Positions 1-12,100 of a stretch of 64,000 nucleotides of DNA are shown here, piece by piece. The stretch is from Octopus sinensis (lineage: Eukaryota), in contig NC_042999.1 in assembly GCF_006345805.1 (NCBI RefSeq), forward strand, positions 78,492,001-78,556,000, read 5' to 3'. Position 1 is the first letter of the stretch. Each line of letters starts with the position of its first letter. The notes beneath the pieces are model-generated. The model was not told the origin of the DNA and ran no database searches. It worked only from the letters and a program-made list of their open reading frames with translations. Position numbers and translations under genes: made by a program.

Positions 1-457
1 CTGTTTAATGGTAAACTAACCTGATTAAATTAAATCAAGCCAATCTTCCATAGGCCCTTAGAATCATCAGTAGAAATAGCCAAGTCGGAACAGATATTTT
101 CACGAGGCATTTCCGTCCCTGCCTCGGCAATATCTGACCTAAAATTTTCAAATCATCGCACTCGCGCCAAATTTATCGGCAGCAAATAAATATAAGCCGC
201 CGATTCCATTACGGAATTAACCAGAAAATTCATAATTAATCAATATAGGGTGGCAAAAAATTTTGTAGAATTTTTTTGCCACCAGCGGCCTAGTGGGAAA
301 AAGTTAAATAGTCATAGACCATTTTTAAGTTCAACATCACAATCAAGGAACGGCCATAATAGGCCATTCACCCACTAGAAATAACAGCCAATGCTTCAAC
401 CGCAAAATAACATCAATTCCGTAAACCAGGAGAAAATTAAAAAACATTTACCCTGTA

Positions 458-564
458 ATTTCTTATACGATGCACCGTTTCATCTACTGTTTAATGGTAA
501 ACTAACCTGATTAAATTAAATCAAGCCAATCTTCCATAGGCCCTTAGAATCATCAGTAAGAAAT
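458..564 (-). ncRNA. Type I hammerhead ribozyme (array copy)
   Basis: Minus strand reads AUUUCUUA-CUGAUGA-[long stem II]-GAAAC-GGUGCAUC-GUA^UAAGAAAU. Perfect 8-bp stem I (557-564 with 458-465), intact core (550-556 and 477-481), quasi-palindromic stem III, GUA cleavage triplet at 468-466. Confidence 0.85.
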
Positions 565-944
565 AGCCAAGTCGGAACAGATATTTTCACGAGGCATTTC
601 CGTCCCTGCCTCGGCAATATATGACCTAAAATTTTCAAATCATCGCACTCGCGCCAAATTTATCGGCAGCAAATAAATATAAGCCGCCGATTCCATTACG
701 GAATTAACCAGAAAATTCATAATTAATCAATATAGGGTGGCAAAAAATTTTGTAGAATTTTTTTGCCACCAGCGGTCTAGTGGGAAAAAGTTAAATAGTC
801 ATAGACCATTTTTAAGTTCAACATCACAATCAAGGAACGGCCATAATAGGCCATTCACCCACTAGAAATAACAGCCAATGCTTCAACCGCAAAATAACAT
901 CAATTCCGTAAACCAGGAGAAAATTAAAAAACATTTACCCTGTA

Positions 945-1051
945 ATTTCTTATACGATGCACCGTTTCATCTACTGTTTAATGGTAAACTAACCTGATTA
1001 AATTAAATCAAGCCAATCTTCCATAGGCCCTTAGAATCATCAGTAAGAAAT
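945..1051 (-). ncRNA. Type I hammerhead ribozyme (array copy)
   Basis: Same sequence as the 458-564 copy, shifted by 487 bp. CUGAUGA at 1043-1037; predicted cleavage between 953 and 952. Confidence 0.85.
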
Positions 1052-2439
1052 AGCCAAGTCGGAACAGATATTTTCACGAGGCATTTCCGTCCCTGCCTCG
1101 GCAATATCAAGCGCGTGTCAGCAACTTGGCTACGCTGAGTTAGAATCCTGATTGAAGGCTATGCGTGCAAAGGCTTATAAAGCAGAAGTTAAAACGAACT
1201 TGGAGAGGCACTACTAAAGAGTTGACTTCACGACATGTCAACAGAATACACTCAAGACAGCTATAAAAATACAAGCAAGATGTCGAACCCTGTAAGCTAA
1301 CGAAACACTTAAGAGGGAACCTTTACGTGTTGGCTCAGGTTACAAGAAATAGCAGCCAAATTTCCCTGAGTTCCTTGCTGAAAAATAATCCACATTGAAT
1401 AATGTGATCTAGAGTTACATAGTGTCTGAGAAGATGGCGGGAATGTCCTTTTCCGTATGTCCACTCGATCTGGGCTAAGGGCTGCATTGGATCTAAACAA
1501 CAATAAAGAAGCACTCAACAATGTTCTTTTGCTTTGTATTTACAACCGTGAATCACGCCTAGAGTGTGGGTAGCAGCTATCAGTTTTCTCGGGTTTCATA
1601 AACATATAGTTAGAAAATCATCTGAGAATTATTTTAGGAGACGAACTCATCACAATGCATCTCATAAAACGATATGGATCTCTGATCAGTCATATAAATC
1701 GCTACTCTCAATACAGCAATCAACTTTTTTCTTCTTCATTCACCCTAGAAAACTTACCCAACCAGTTTATTTTAGATTCTGTTCGTCTTCCATTTTCACA
1801 GGAAATTTCTTCCCTTTTTTTAATTCCACTACAACGGTTCAGGTAACTTACTTAAAAAACGCTACTGTTCAGCTCTTTAACAATTGCATTCAACACAGAT
1901 AATTTGCTATAACACAGATCTCTCTAGTCTCTTCTGTTGACCTTAAGATCGTTAGTTGGCGTCAAAACATTGAGCATGAAGCTTTACTTTATTTACGACT
2001 AGTCAATAAAAATAGCAGGTAATCTCCCAAATATTACCACTACAGAAAACTTATTTTGTCTCAGAATTCTAAATACGATTTTCCAATAATCACAGAGCTC
2101 ATACCTGTATTATACGGAAAACCCATGTCACTCTTATGAGTTATTAAACAAAAATGATTTCCCCATATTTCTTAATGATAAAAAAACAACCAAAAACTCA
2201 TGCAATAATTTATTTCGAAAGTAATGACAAAAACCGTTTTTTAATAAAATAAAATTAAAAAGAAAATGTTTAAAAAGAGATTTTATCATAGGTAAACACA
2301 GGCATTAATCCTAGATGTGTTATGTCAAAAGAAAAAAAAGACAAGACGGTTACGGTTGGAAAGCTTTCGGTCACGATTAGAAACCCATTTTGCGAAATCT
2401 TGCAATCATCGGCAACTCTTAGACCAATATATCTTCCTT

Positions 2440-3090
2440 TATCGAGGACATCTATCCCACTCCAATCGCTCTCCGAAGTCATCTTCCTCAATGATTTCAA
2501 TGTCTACAATTATTCTTGGATCACACATTCATCCCATACTCGATGTTGTTAGTGTACAAACCAAATACTTCACAATTCTCAACTTTATACAATTAATTTT
2601 GTTCCCTACATTCATCCATGACCAAATACCCTTGATCCCTTGCTGTGAAGTCTTGGTCATCACGAACTTATTACGACTGTGGGATAAACTTTCTGTAACT
2701 TCTTGACGGTTGCATAACTCGCTGCTATTCGTAAAGGACCGATGGATCACGCAGTCTGTATTTGTACTGAAAATGGAGATTGAACGAGCTTTTACTCCTT
2801 GGCTCAACATGTGGTTTTTGTTGACATTGAACTCGCTTTGTGATGCCTGCGTCATCGTTTGGTAGACGTACTGCTTCGCTCAAACTCTCCGGTCACTGTT
2901 TCCAACCAAGAGTCGTGCATCGGTTGCATTGGAGCCTGTGAAAGCACATGGCTTGCAGTACATGCTTTGTACCAGATATTAAAAAAAAACTGTTCGATGA
3001 CGGTTCAATTCCATTCCTACGGAATGTACGAAGAAACTTTTCTAGTGACGGGTTTTCGTCGTCTCCGAGGCGCCTAATATTCGACAAGCA
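2440..3090 (+). mobile_element. Decayed LINE (Jockey/CR1-group) AP-endonuclease and linker remnant
   Basis: Fragments SEVIFLNDFNVYNYSWITHSSHT and FTILNFIQLILFPTFIHD resemble the GDFN..W and L.QLV..PTRIPD motifs of LINE endonucleases. Frameshifted. Confidence 0.5.
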
Positions 3091-3169
3091 ACATTTTTAA
3101 AAACAAAGAATGCAATGGTCTTGTGTTCTCTTGCAATGTAATTACTACCATGTACCCTCATAAAACCGA

Positions 3170-5016
3170 GCTGGTACTTGTATTATCAAGCTCCGCAAGG
3201 ATGAAAGGCAAAGTAGGATCAGTCAGAATTTGAACTCAGATATAATTACGAATACTGCAGTTTGTTAATCTGTCGCTTTACCACTTCAGCCGTCCTCATT
3301 CTAGTGAATATAACACAGATTTCTCATGTTGGTATACAGGTTCACATTTTAGCGATGGGAATAGTTGACTATATTAATTGTAGTTATTGTCTGATATTTA
3401 TATTATTGACCCTGGAAGGGTGACCGGAAAAGTTACCCCGCCAGGATTTGAAATCAAAATGTCAAAGGCCGTAATTAAATATAGCAAAGAATTTTGTCCG
3501 ACACTCAAGCGATTCTTTCATTCAACCGATATCTCAAAGTATTGCTTACTCATATTGACCAAAATTGTCATTTAGTAAACTGCATAAACATGATATTTTA
3601 TTGGCCCAACACAGTGGAATGAAAAGAAAATTTGATTCATGTTATATTTGAACTTAAAACATATTAATTCTAGATAACCTTCAAAAACTTGTTACAATTT
3701 TGTTATTGAGTTTGTCAAAAGTTTATAGGCTCAGAAGGCCGGAACCGATCCTAATCCCAGTTTCTATTGCTTATAAACGACCAAGAATACAGAACTCCCT
3801 CCTGAACCTTATATATGTCCGTCGCATAGCTAACCCTCAGCTGTAGAACATATTCAACTGACTGAACTGCAACAACGGGAAATAAAGTGCTTTATCTCAA
3901 CAACACAACAAGCAACTCAGGCCTGGAATTGAAACTTCATCTTTACGATCTCGAGCTCAACACCCTTAACCACTAGACCACGCGCCTCTATATTTTGTTA
4001 TGCACAAGTATAGTTGATGGTTTCTGATTTAGTCATAAGGCCATCAATTTTGATAGTAGGGTAGGGGAATAGTCGATAATATTGACTCCTCTAATCTATT
4101 AGTACTTTGTTGAATCGATCTCAAAAGATTAAAGGCAACGGTGAAAGAGTCGGAACAAAAAAAACAAAACAAAAACAAAAAGCATTAAGTATTTTGTCCA
4201 ATGCTTTAATGATACTACCAGGTTGCGCAAAAATATGATAATTTACAAGTTAAGCACAAATCCAGCAATCTTGAGGTAAGAGAGGTTGTTGATACTATAA
4301 AAACTAATACTTGACTACTACCCTCCGCAAAGATGAAAGACAAAAAAAAAAAAAAATCCGATTCCATGGGATTTTAACTCAGAACGTGAAAAACCGGACA
4401 CACTAACGTTACTGCATGCTTGCCACCTTATATACTAATATAATTAACTAAACAAGGTTAGGGGGTGGACTGGCAGATTCGTTAGTATGCTAGGAAAAAT
4501 GCTTAGCGGCATTTCGCCCATTTTTGCGTTCTGAGTTCAAATTCTGCTGAGGTCGACTTTGCCTTTCATTCTTTCGGAAACCAATAAAATGGGTACCAAT
4601 TTAGCACTGGGATCGATCTAATCGACTCTGCTCCTCCACCGAAATTGCTGGCCTTGTGCCAAAATTTTAAACCATTTAATAAATAAATCAATAGTTTTTC
4701 TTTACATATTTTTTCTAATTTTCTAAACTTCAAAAACTTAAAAAAACATAACTTTCCTTACGAAGTGGACCAGTAGTTTTTTTGGCTTGATTTGCGATGA
4801 AGGTAAAAATACTGTTCAAATTTTGGCACAAGGTCAGCAATTTCGGGGGTGGGGTAAGCCGATTACATCGGCCTCAATACTCAACTGGTACTTATTTTAT
4901 CGACCCGAAAGGATGAAATGCTAAGTCAACCTCGGCGAAATTTGAACTCAGAACGTAAAGACGGACGAAATACTGCTAAACGTTTTGCCCGGCGTGCTTA
5001 CAATTCTGCCAGCTTG
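3170..5016. mobile_element. Cluster of tRNA-derived SINEs (Meta-domain-like family A), plus a fragment of another tRNA-SINE at ~3720-3990
   Basis: Repeated core ctgagttcaaattc..gaggtcgactttgcctttcatcctttcgg..gtaccag. Best copies are 4461-4675 (+) and 4815-5016 (-). Confidence 0.85.
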
Positions 5017-8000
5017 AAAGTAAAAATATTGAAAACTACTAACAATCTAGGGGCTCATTGTCTCGAATAGAGAAATTTTCGTAGCTCCGACGTATCCCCA
5101 TATGTCGTTCATTAATGAAGATGAAAAAGCAACATGACACCCTCTTTGTCAGGGTGGTGAAAATGTTTAATATCCCGACCGACTTACAAATACATTACAA
5201 CATCTGGCGAAACATCTATACCGAGAACAGTAAATCTTTAAATTTGTACATTATTGCTGTTTCAGTTTTAAGGCTTAAAACATTTTTTGGGCATGGCATT
5301 CTAGAGACTGCGACAACAAGAAGTTTAATGTTTGTGTATGGGTGAAATTTCGCTTGTGAACGAGGAGTTTCTCCCTACTACTTTACGTGGTTGCTCAACC
5401 TGCTAAAAATAACAGACCCAAAATCTCACTCATTTCATGCTCTACCATTTTGAATAAGAAAAAGACATATGGCATAAGATAATCTGAAGTATGTTGTTGA
5501 CATTAAAAGTAAAATGGTCTTACCTGCATAAATCGAAGTAAATACTGTGATTATATATATCACTCCCCAAATTTTCTGGATCATCCTTGGTCTTTTTTGA
5601 AAGAATTAATTCGTGTTATTTTTGTCTTCTTCGTATATGTATATATACTTTTCTTTTGCAAAGGAAATATTTAGTATCCTCTGCTGATGTAAAATTTGGT
5701 TGATGGTCTTTCTAGACAGTGATTCAATAACGATGTTCTAGAAACTTTACTGACCTCTCTTCTGTAATTGTGGGTGGTTAATGGCCGTTATGTATAAATA
5801 GCTTCTAGTGGTCGGTCGGTTGGGTCAATTGGATGAGAGTTTGAGCAGGAAGCTGTTTTTCAAGTGGTCAGTGGACAGTTTTAGTAAAGTGCGGAAAGAA
5901 GCAACGTTGTTGACTTTTGTTTTCATATTTTATTTATTTTAAACTGTATGTATGTGTGTAAAAGGACACGGATGCCTAAGTCAACAGGATAAGTAGCCAA
6001 CAGGTCGACAGTTCGTATCTTATCAGAAACACTTCACTGACTCTGTGGCCAGGACACTCACTTTTAAATGGCTCAGATCCCTCATCTGTGAATAGGTGTC
6101 TTGCATCGTGTAATACGCATCTGTAAGAAGCAACAGTATTGGGAAAGTGACGTGTGATTCGTTGGCTCGTAGTGCTACAAGTAAAAATTACCTGCAGTTG
6201 ACTGGCATTCTATCTAACGAGAGAATTTATTTTCATCTCGTAAAATAAAGTCCAGTGGTCTGCATCGAGCTGTGAGGTATATGTTATATGTTCATCTGTG
6301 TCAGTGAGAATATTAGTTTAATGTATCACTATGTGTATGTACTTACATAATTGTGTCTACGTATGTAGAAAGATATAGTCTGTGTGTGCCTAATAGTAAT
6401 GCACTAACTTCTTCAACTTTCCAAGACGTGATGGAGTGAAGGACAATGATAAGTATGTGAGCTTAAGAGTTGATGTTCAGCTCAAACTCTTGCAGTTGAA
6501 AGAAAACAAACACAGAAACAGGTGTTGAGTTCCCTAAGGTGAAACAGTGAAAAGAAAATATTAGTAATCATGTTATATCAAGATTAGGCTTGTAACACAA
6601 CAGCGAAAAATGAACAAAGAGAGAATATTTGTATTAAGTGAGCTTAGCTGGTGGGAATATGAAACCCTAGCAAGTATGGAGGAGCAGGTATCATTGTAAT
6701 ATAGTGGTAGAAGTAACAGGAGTGAGACAGACCTTGAGTTTGTTGTCGATGACTAAAGACATTCCTGAAGACGTACTATCTCCCAGGAGATAGTACCTAG
6801 AATATTCGTTGGGTGATGAGTGTATCGCTCTCGATGTGAGCGCAGTACACAAGCATATGGCATTGTTGTCTTGCAGAGTTAGTTGCGTGAGCGTCAAAGA
6901 ATGATCGTTGAGTTTGGTACATGTTTGAGTACCAGTTGAGTCAGTTCCCTTATCCTTTATTAATCTGTAATTCGTAGATTTAGACGAATTCCTGGAAACA
7001 AATGGGGATAGGCTTTACTGCGCAGACTTACTCTTGACACGCTAGATGAATGCGAAGTCTGAATTCGCTTGACCTTCAAACCTCACCTAAACACCTTAAA
7101 AATGAAAAATTCATTGGATAGTGCAGTCGTAGACAGATTATCTGAAAATATAAGAACTACATCCCACAAGACGGGTTTCTTTTTAGAAGAGCCATGTAAT
7201 ACTTCATCTCTCAACATCTATTGACTATGAAAACATATAATTGCATAATCTTTAATTGGTCAACAGGTCACTGGGTCACCAACGAAGATTTCGTCATCGT
7301 TGATGTTTATTTCCAGATCAAACCTGAAATGATAAAAAGAGTTCCAGCCGTGGCCATCTGGTTATTTTGTATATGAATGGCTACATTGTTAAGTACGTCT
7401 TTTAAGATGCTTGGGTCGAGTTTGGACTAGATCTTGAGACGGACAAGAATTGGAACAAGTTCATGAGAAGTTACATCTAGAAATGTGCTGAAAGGAATCT
7501 AACTCTGAAATGTCGGACAAAAGAGACAAACACATGCATCTCTTCCGTTATTTATTTCTGCCTGGCCATCGTTTCTTAAACCAATTTTCGTTTTGACCAG
7601 ATTGGTGCATCTGCTTTTAAATTTCTTGTGGAGAGAGGTATTCCAACTATTTCACCGCTCAGAAGGTATCTCTTTTGCTGACAACATCTGCGCAGGGAAC
7701 CCGGTATGTTGTGGTTCATGATGAGAAAGTATGTACTGATGATACAGAATATACAGAAATTCCTGGCCGGCGAGGAGGTGAAGTCACCGTTTGGGAGGCA
7801 TATTTTCTTGCAGTGCTTCAGTTTGGTATTGTTATATTTGCGATACGTCGACTGTGCAATGTGAGTTGCGTTACTTAGTTGATTGGCGTTTGTGTGTTTT
7901 ATGCGTGGCATAATTGGTGTTATGTATTTTAGAGTTAGTGTTATGTCAAGTATGTGATGTGTGGGTTATGTTACAACAAGTTTGTAGGATGTGATTTTAG

Positions 8001-8361
8001 GTGTTTTTAGTATCGAGTGTCGACTATGTTATAGTATGCAATATGCTATCTTATGAGGTGCTGATTGTGTCGAAAATGTGTTGTGTGAATTGTGTTTTTT
8101 TTTATTAAATAGTTTTTAAATAGGATAAGTGTTATGTGCAGAGACTGTATTCTTTGAGACGTGCTCTAGAATTGAAGGTGTCTTTAGTGCCGTCTAAAGG
8201 CATGGGCACATTGGGAGGTTGTCGAGGGAACTCATGGTCCTAGAGGCCCAATTCTGATCTTTGCATGTTGTGGATTGCTGTCAATAAATAAATACAATGG
8301 AGCTCAGTGCACAGATTAGCTCAGGGGCTAATCACTTTAGCCAAAGTCTAATCAAATTAGT

Positions 8362-8691
8362 CTAAGGATCTTGAAACTGAAATAAGCAAGATGTTGGATA
8401 TGAAAGTAAAAACTAATAAGTGAAGCGTTATATATAAAAAAAATATGAATAGGAACATGTAAAACGCAATAGGGTTCCCAATAGTATACTGCCCCCAAAA
8501 TAGCTCTACTAGGCACAGCCCACATTGTAAGCAAGGTACCCAGGGTCATCTTAACAGTATATAATACTGTTGGGAGCCCTTGTATGTTTTGCATGTTTCT
8601 TTTCATATTTTTAATATATCTAATGCTCCACTTATTAGGTTTTACTTTCATACCCAACATCTTGCTTATTTCACTTTCAAGATCTTTGCAG
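8362..8691. mobile_element. Foldback/MITE-like element with ~150-bp inverted arms
   Basis: gatcttgaaactgaaaataagcaagatgttggatatgaaagtaaaaactaataagtg at the left end is the reverse complement of cacttattaggttttactttcatacccaacatcttgcttatttcactttcaagatc at the right end. Confidence 0.8.
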
Positions 8692-8939
8692 TTGTTTAAT
8701 CTCTCGACCTGGCAATGTTTTCTTCATAAGAGATCGAAATGTCTATCAGCGTATAAAACTTTTGTTCAGTCCTTGATAATTATATCTGTTGTTTGCCTTG
8801 ATCTCCTTGTCGTTCTTTCCAGGCATGTTCAAGATAACTTTATCAAAGTAGCTGGAATGTACCATTTTTGGACAATATTTAAGCTGCTTCTCCATTTTAA
8901 TGCCGAAGTGTCAGTATATTATCTAGTGGACATAGATTC

Positions 8940-9175
8940 TTTTCAGCTACCTAATACTTTCTTGATTATTCTGTCCGTGCCAAGGAGGAAACCTTTTGTA
9001 ACAGTTCTATTGGGCACTCTATTCTGATTTCCTTTATATTCCTCTTGATGCCTTCTGATACTGTCCTCAAGGACCCAACAATAATTGACACTATCTTCAC
9101 CTTCTTCGTTTTTCGCAGCCAGGCTATTTCGTACTTAACAGGATTTTATATCTATTTGTTTTGCCCTCCTTCTTC
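8940..9175 (-). mobile_element. R4/Dong-like (restriction-like endonuclease) non-LTR retrotransposon C-terminal remnant
   Basis: Minus-strand translation KYEIAWLRKTKKVKIVSIIVGSLRTV...ELLQK resembles the W..KV.VVPIVIGALG...LQK terminus of RLE-type LINEs. Confidence 0.5.
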
Positions 9176-12100
9176 ACTATTCGTGGCTCAAAGAGGCACG
9201 CAACATCAACTATATAGTACATATGGTGCACATTGTCCACCACCACTAGGTCCGGTTTGTTTCCTGTGTAACTTTTTGAAGATAGTTAAGAGGTTTTTCA
9301 TGGGCATGTTGGCTCTGCATTCGCTCCGGCTTCAGGAAATATTTAGCTTATTGTCAATATACAGTTGCCATACCTTCAATGCTTCCCCAGTAGTGACCAT
9401 GCCTAAAAGAATGGTTGGCAGGGATGTGTTCTACTTTTGAAGAGTTGATATTACTCCTATTCAAAGTGGTATTCGGTTGGTCTTTAAGCCGCTTCTTTGG
9501 AGTTCCAGACAGGCATTGACTAAGATGCAGCTGAGAAAAGAATATCCCATGGGAGAGACAAGAGTCAGATACACCCACTATATGAGTCATCTGTGTCTGA
9601 ACTATCTTAGTTGATGCATGTATAGTATGAATCCAATGTTTATGGTGTTAGTTCGTAGGAAAATGTCTGTGTGGATAACCATATTTCGCTAGAGGAGTGG
9701 AAAGTTATTCTGGAGACACTGGATATTAAAGGCTTCCAATTTCTTAGTGTCGGGTTTATATTGCCCATGGAGGTTAATATTTAGACAGGGTCTCCTCATA
9801 AGCCTTCCAAAGGATGCAGAAGACTGTTAGAGGTTTATCTGAGGCTGTTTTGAATTTTCATGTCCAGCATACAGATGATGGAAATGATGGTGCAAAATGT
9901 AAATAATTGCTGCTGTTAGACTGCGAAAGTGGGGAGGATGGAAGAAACTGTGCAGTGAGCTATTAATATATGGCATCAGTGTTCTGGTTGTTAACTGTCA
10001 GAGCTATTCCCTTATAAGTTGTAATACCTATTAAAGTGATGGCCTGCAGGTTTTCGGACTGTGATCGGCTATACCACGGTCATCAGCATACTATAACTCA
10101 ACAATCTGTTCAAATATCAGTTTGATGGTAGCCTACAACCTTCTGATATTGAAACAGTTCCTGTTAGATTTGATTTTAAGAGTTACTCATACTTTTTGTT
10201 TTCTATCCCTGCGTGATCATACAAATGAAACATGTGAGCCCGCATAGAATCTTGCCTGATTTTCGTTTTCACATTGAAAGTCTCAGATTTTGCCATCCAT
10301 CAACAACTTGGGACATCATCCATTCAGAAGTTGGTTGAGGTGATTCACAATATGCCAGAAAACCAAATTACCTAAGCACAAATTCATAGTTCACAGTGTC
10401 AAAAGCCTTTGATAAATCCACAAGTGCTATGAACAAGACCTGATGTTGCACCTTATAAAGATTATGTCTTAATGGATGTAATGTTTTCTAATATTGATTA
10501 AATTTATCTTTTGAGCGTGATCTGATGGAAAAAACAGAACAATTTTGTCACCCTTGTTTTTGTAGATGTTGAGAATGTTGACTTCCTTCTAGCATGACTC
10601 TACATCACTGTGATGTAGAGATAAAGTGTAATGTGCTGGGGTAATCAATTTCCTTCAAATTCTCGGCAGTAATATTATCTGGTACAGAAGATATTCTTTT
10701 TCTTCTCAACGTTTTGACAACAGCACTAACCTCGACAAAGTCCAGTGATTTATGAAGATAATGGATAATAAGAATTTCACAAATTCCCGTAGGGTTGCTA
10801 GATCCTCTGATTTTGGCTGTTTTAGGATTAAGTTCAAGCGTTCAACACAGGACACTACAGTTGGTGACTAATATTTCAGTAGAGATGTGGACTCCGATAT
10901 CTTGACTGTTTACACCATAGCTTCCCAACGTGGACGATTTCAACTTACAGGTGGGCTATGGGTGAATTTCTAGAAAATGTTGGGCGATTTGAGATTTTGG
11001 CGGGCGATATGAACATTTTGTGGGTGAGAATGAATTTTTAAAAATTAAGTCTGCATTTACTGATATCTAGGCATGCCTACAATAAGGATGCACTCGCATG
11101 ATACATCCCTTTGTATTAAAAACGCGAACTTGTTTATCGATCGAATATTTTTGTTGCAGTTATTGAGATGTAGCCAAATAGGCCTAGGCCTTAAATCACA
11201 CTCCACTACAATTTTTTTTTCTCAAGTCTCGCGTGTAGAATTCAAATTCGCAAAAAGTTCCTGAAAACTCCGAAAAATAAAAAAAGTTATGAGGGGTTAT
11301 ATGTCGTGCGTAATTCTGTGGCTTCATATCAATAACACAAGTGCTATTTTCAGGATGTTGACAAAATGTGCAGTCAGGCACAAAATGACAGCTTTGAAAT
11401 CTTGTTTCTTGACTGGGTGAAAATGATCAAACTTTAAACTTCTATAACTTTTTTAAAACATTTTTTTCTGGGAAAAGTTGAATAGCTCCAGCAATTTAGC
11501 TTGGAAAGGTACATTAATGTGCCAAATTTTAAATTTTAGATAAACTTGAATTTTTGAAATGCTGGCAGCCAAACGAACTAGATCCCTATTTGCTCCAGTA
11601 AAGACGTGCCATCTGACTCTGCTCTATTGACTTCTTCTTCTCTTTGGGAATACCATACTGCTTTTCTGTCGCCATCTGTAGAAATTCGTTTTCACATTTT
11701 CACGTTATTGATGCCTCCAGTTAAGTAAGTTTGTCGACAGTACAGTAGTCATTATTTATCGTTTGGATTTATTCCCTCTCCTCAGAACTGTTAGTTACCA
11801 ATGTGCCTTCTTTGCCATCAGACATTGACCAACGAAGCAATGAAACCTTCACGCTTGAAGTATCACTTTGATGCAAAGCGTTCTGACAAGAATGACAAGC
11901 CGTTATACTTTTTGCAACTGAGCTCCTCTTTCAAAAAGTAAATACAAAAATTCAGCACACTACTCCAGGAAACTAGTAAAAAGGAGAATGACGGGTTGAA
12001 TTGTCTTGTACAACATCGCATTGCTTGTTGCTTAGTCTGGGAAGTTTCACACAATTGGAGAAACATTAGTTCGCCCAGTTATCGAAGAAGTTTTGTCAAC

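Larger units (their letters stand above)
1..1108 (-). repeat. Tandem array of ~487-bp hammerhead-containing units (retrozyme-like / Penelope pLTR-like), truncated by the window start
   Basis: The sequence ctgtttaatggtaaactaacc recurs at 1, 487 and 974 (periods 486 and 487). I see only about 3 differences between units 1 and 2. The array stops after ggcaatatc at ~1108. Confidence 0.95.

Noticed and set aside
736-781. Hairpin followed by CTAG-T, resembling a Helitron 3' end within the tandem unit
   Set aside because: The ctagtggg pairs with cccactag further on, the array boundary is not at this site, and the hammerhead explains the unit better.
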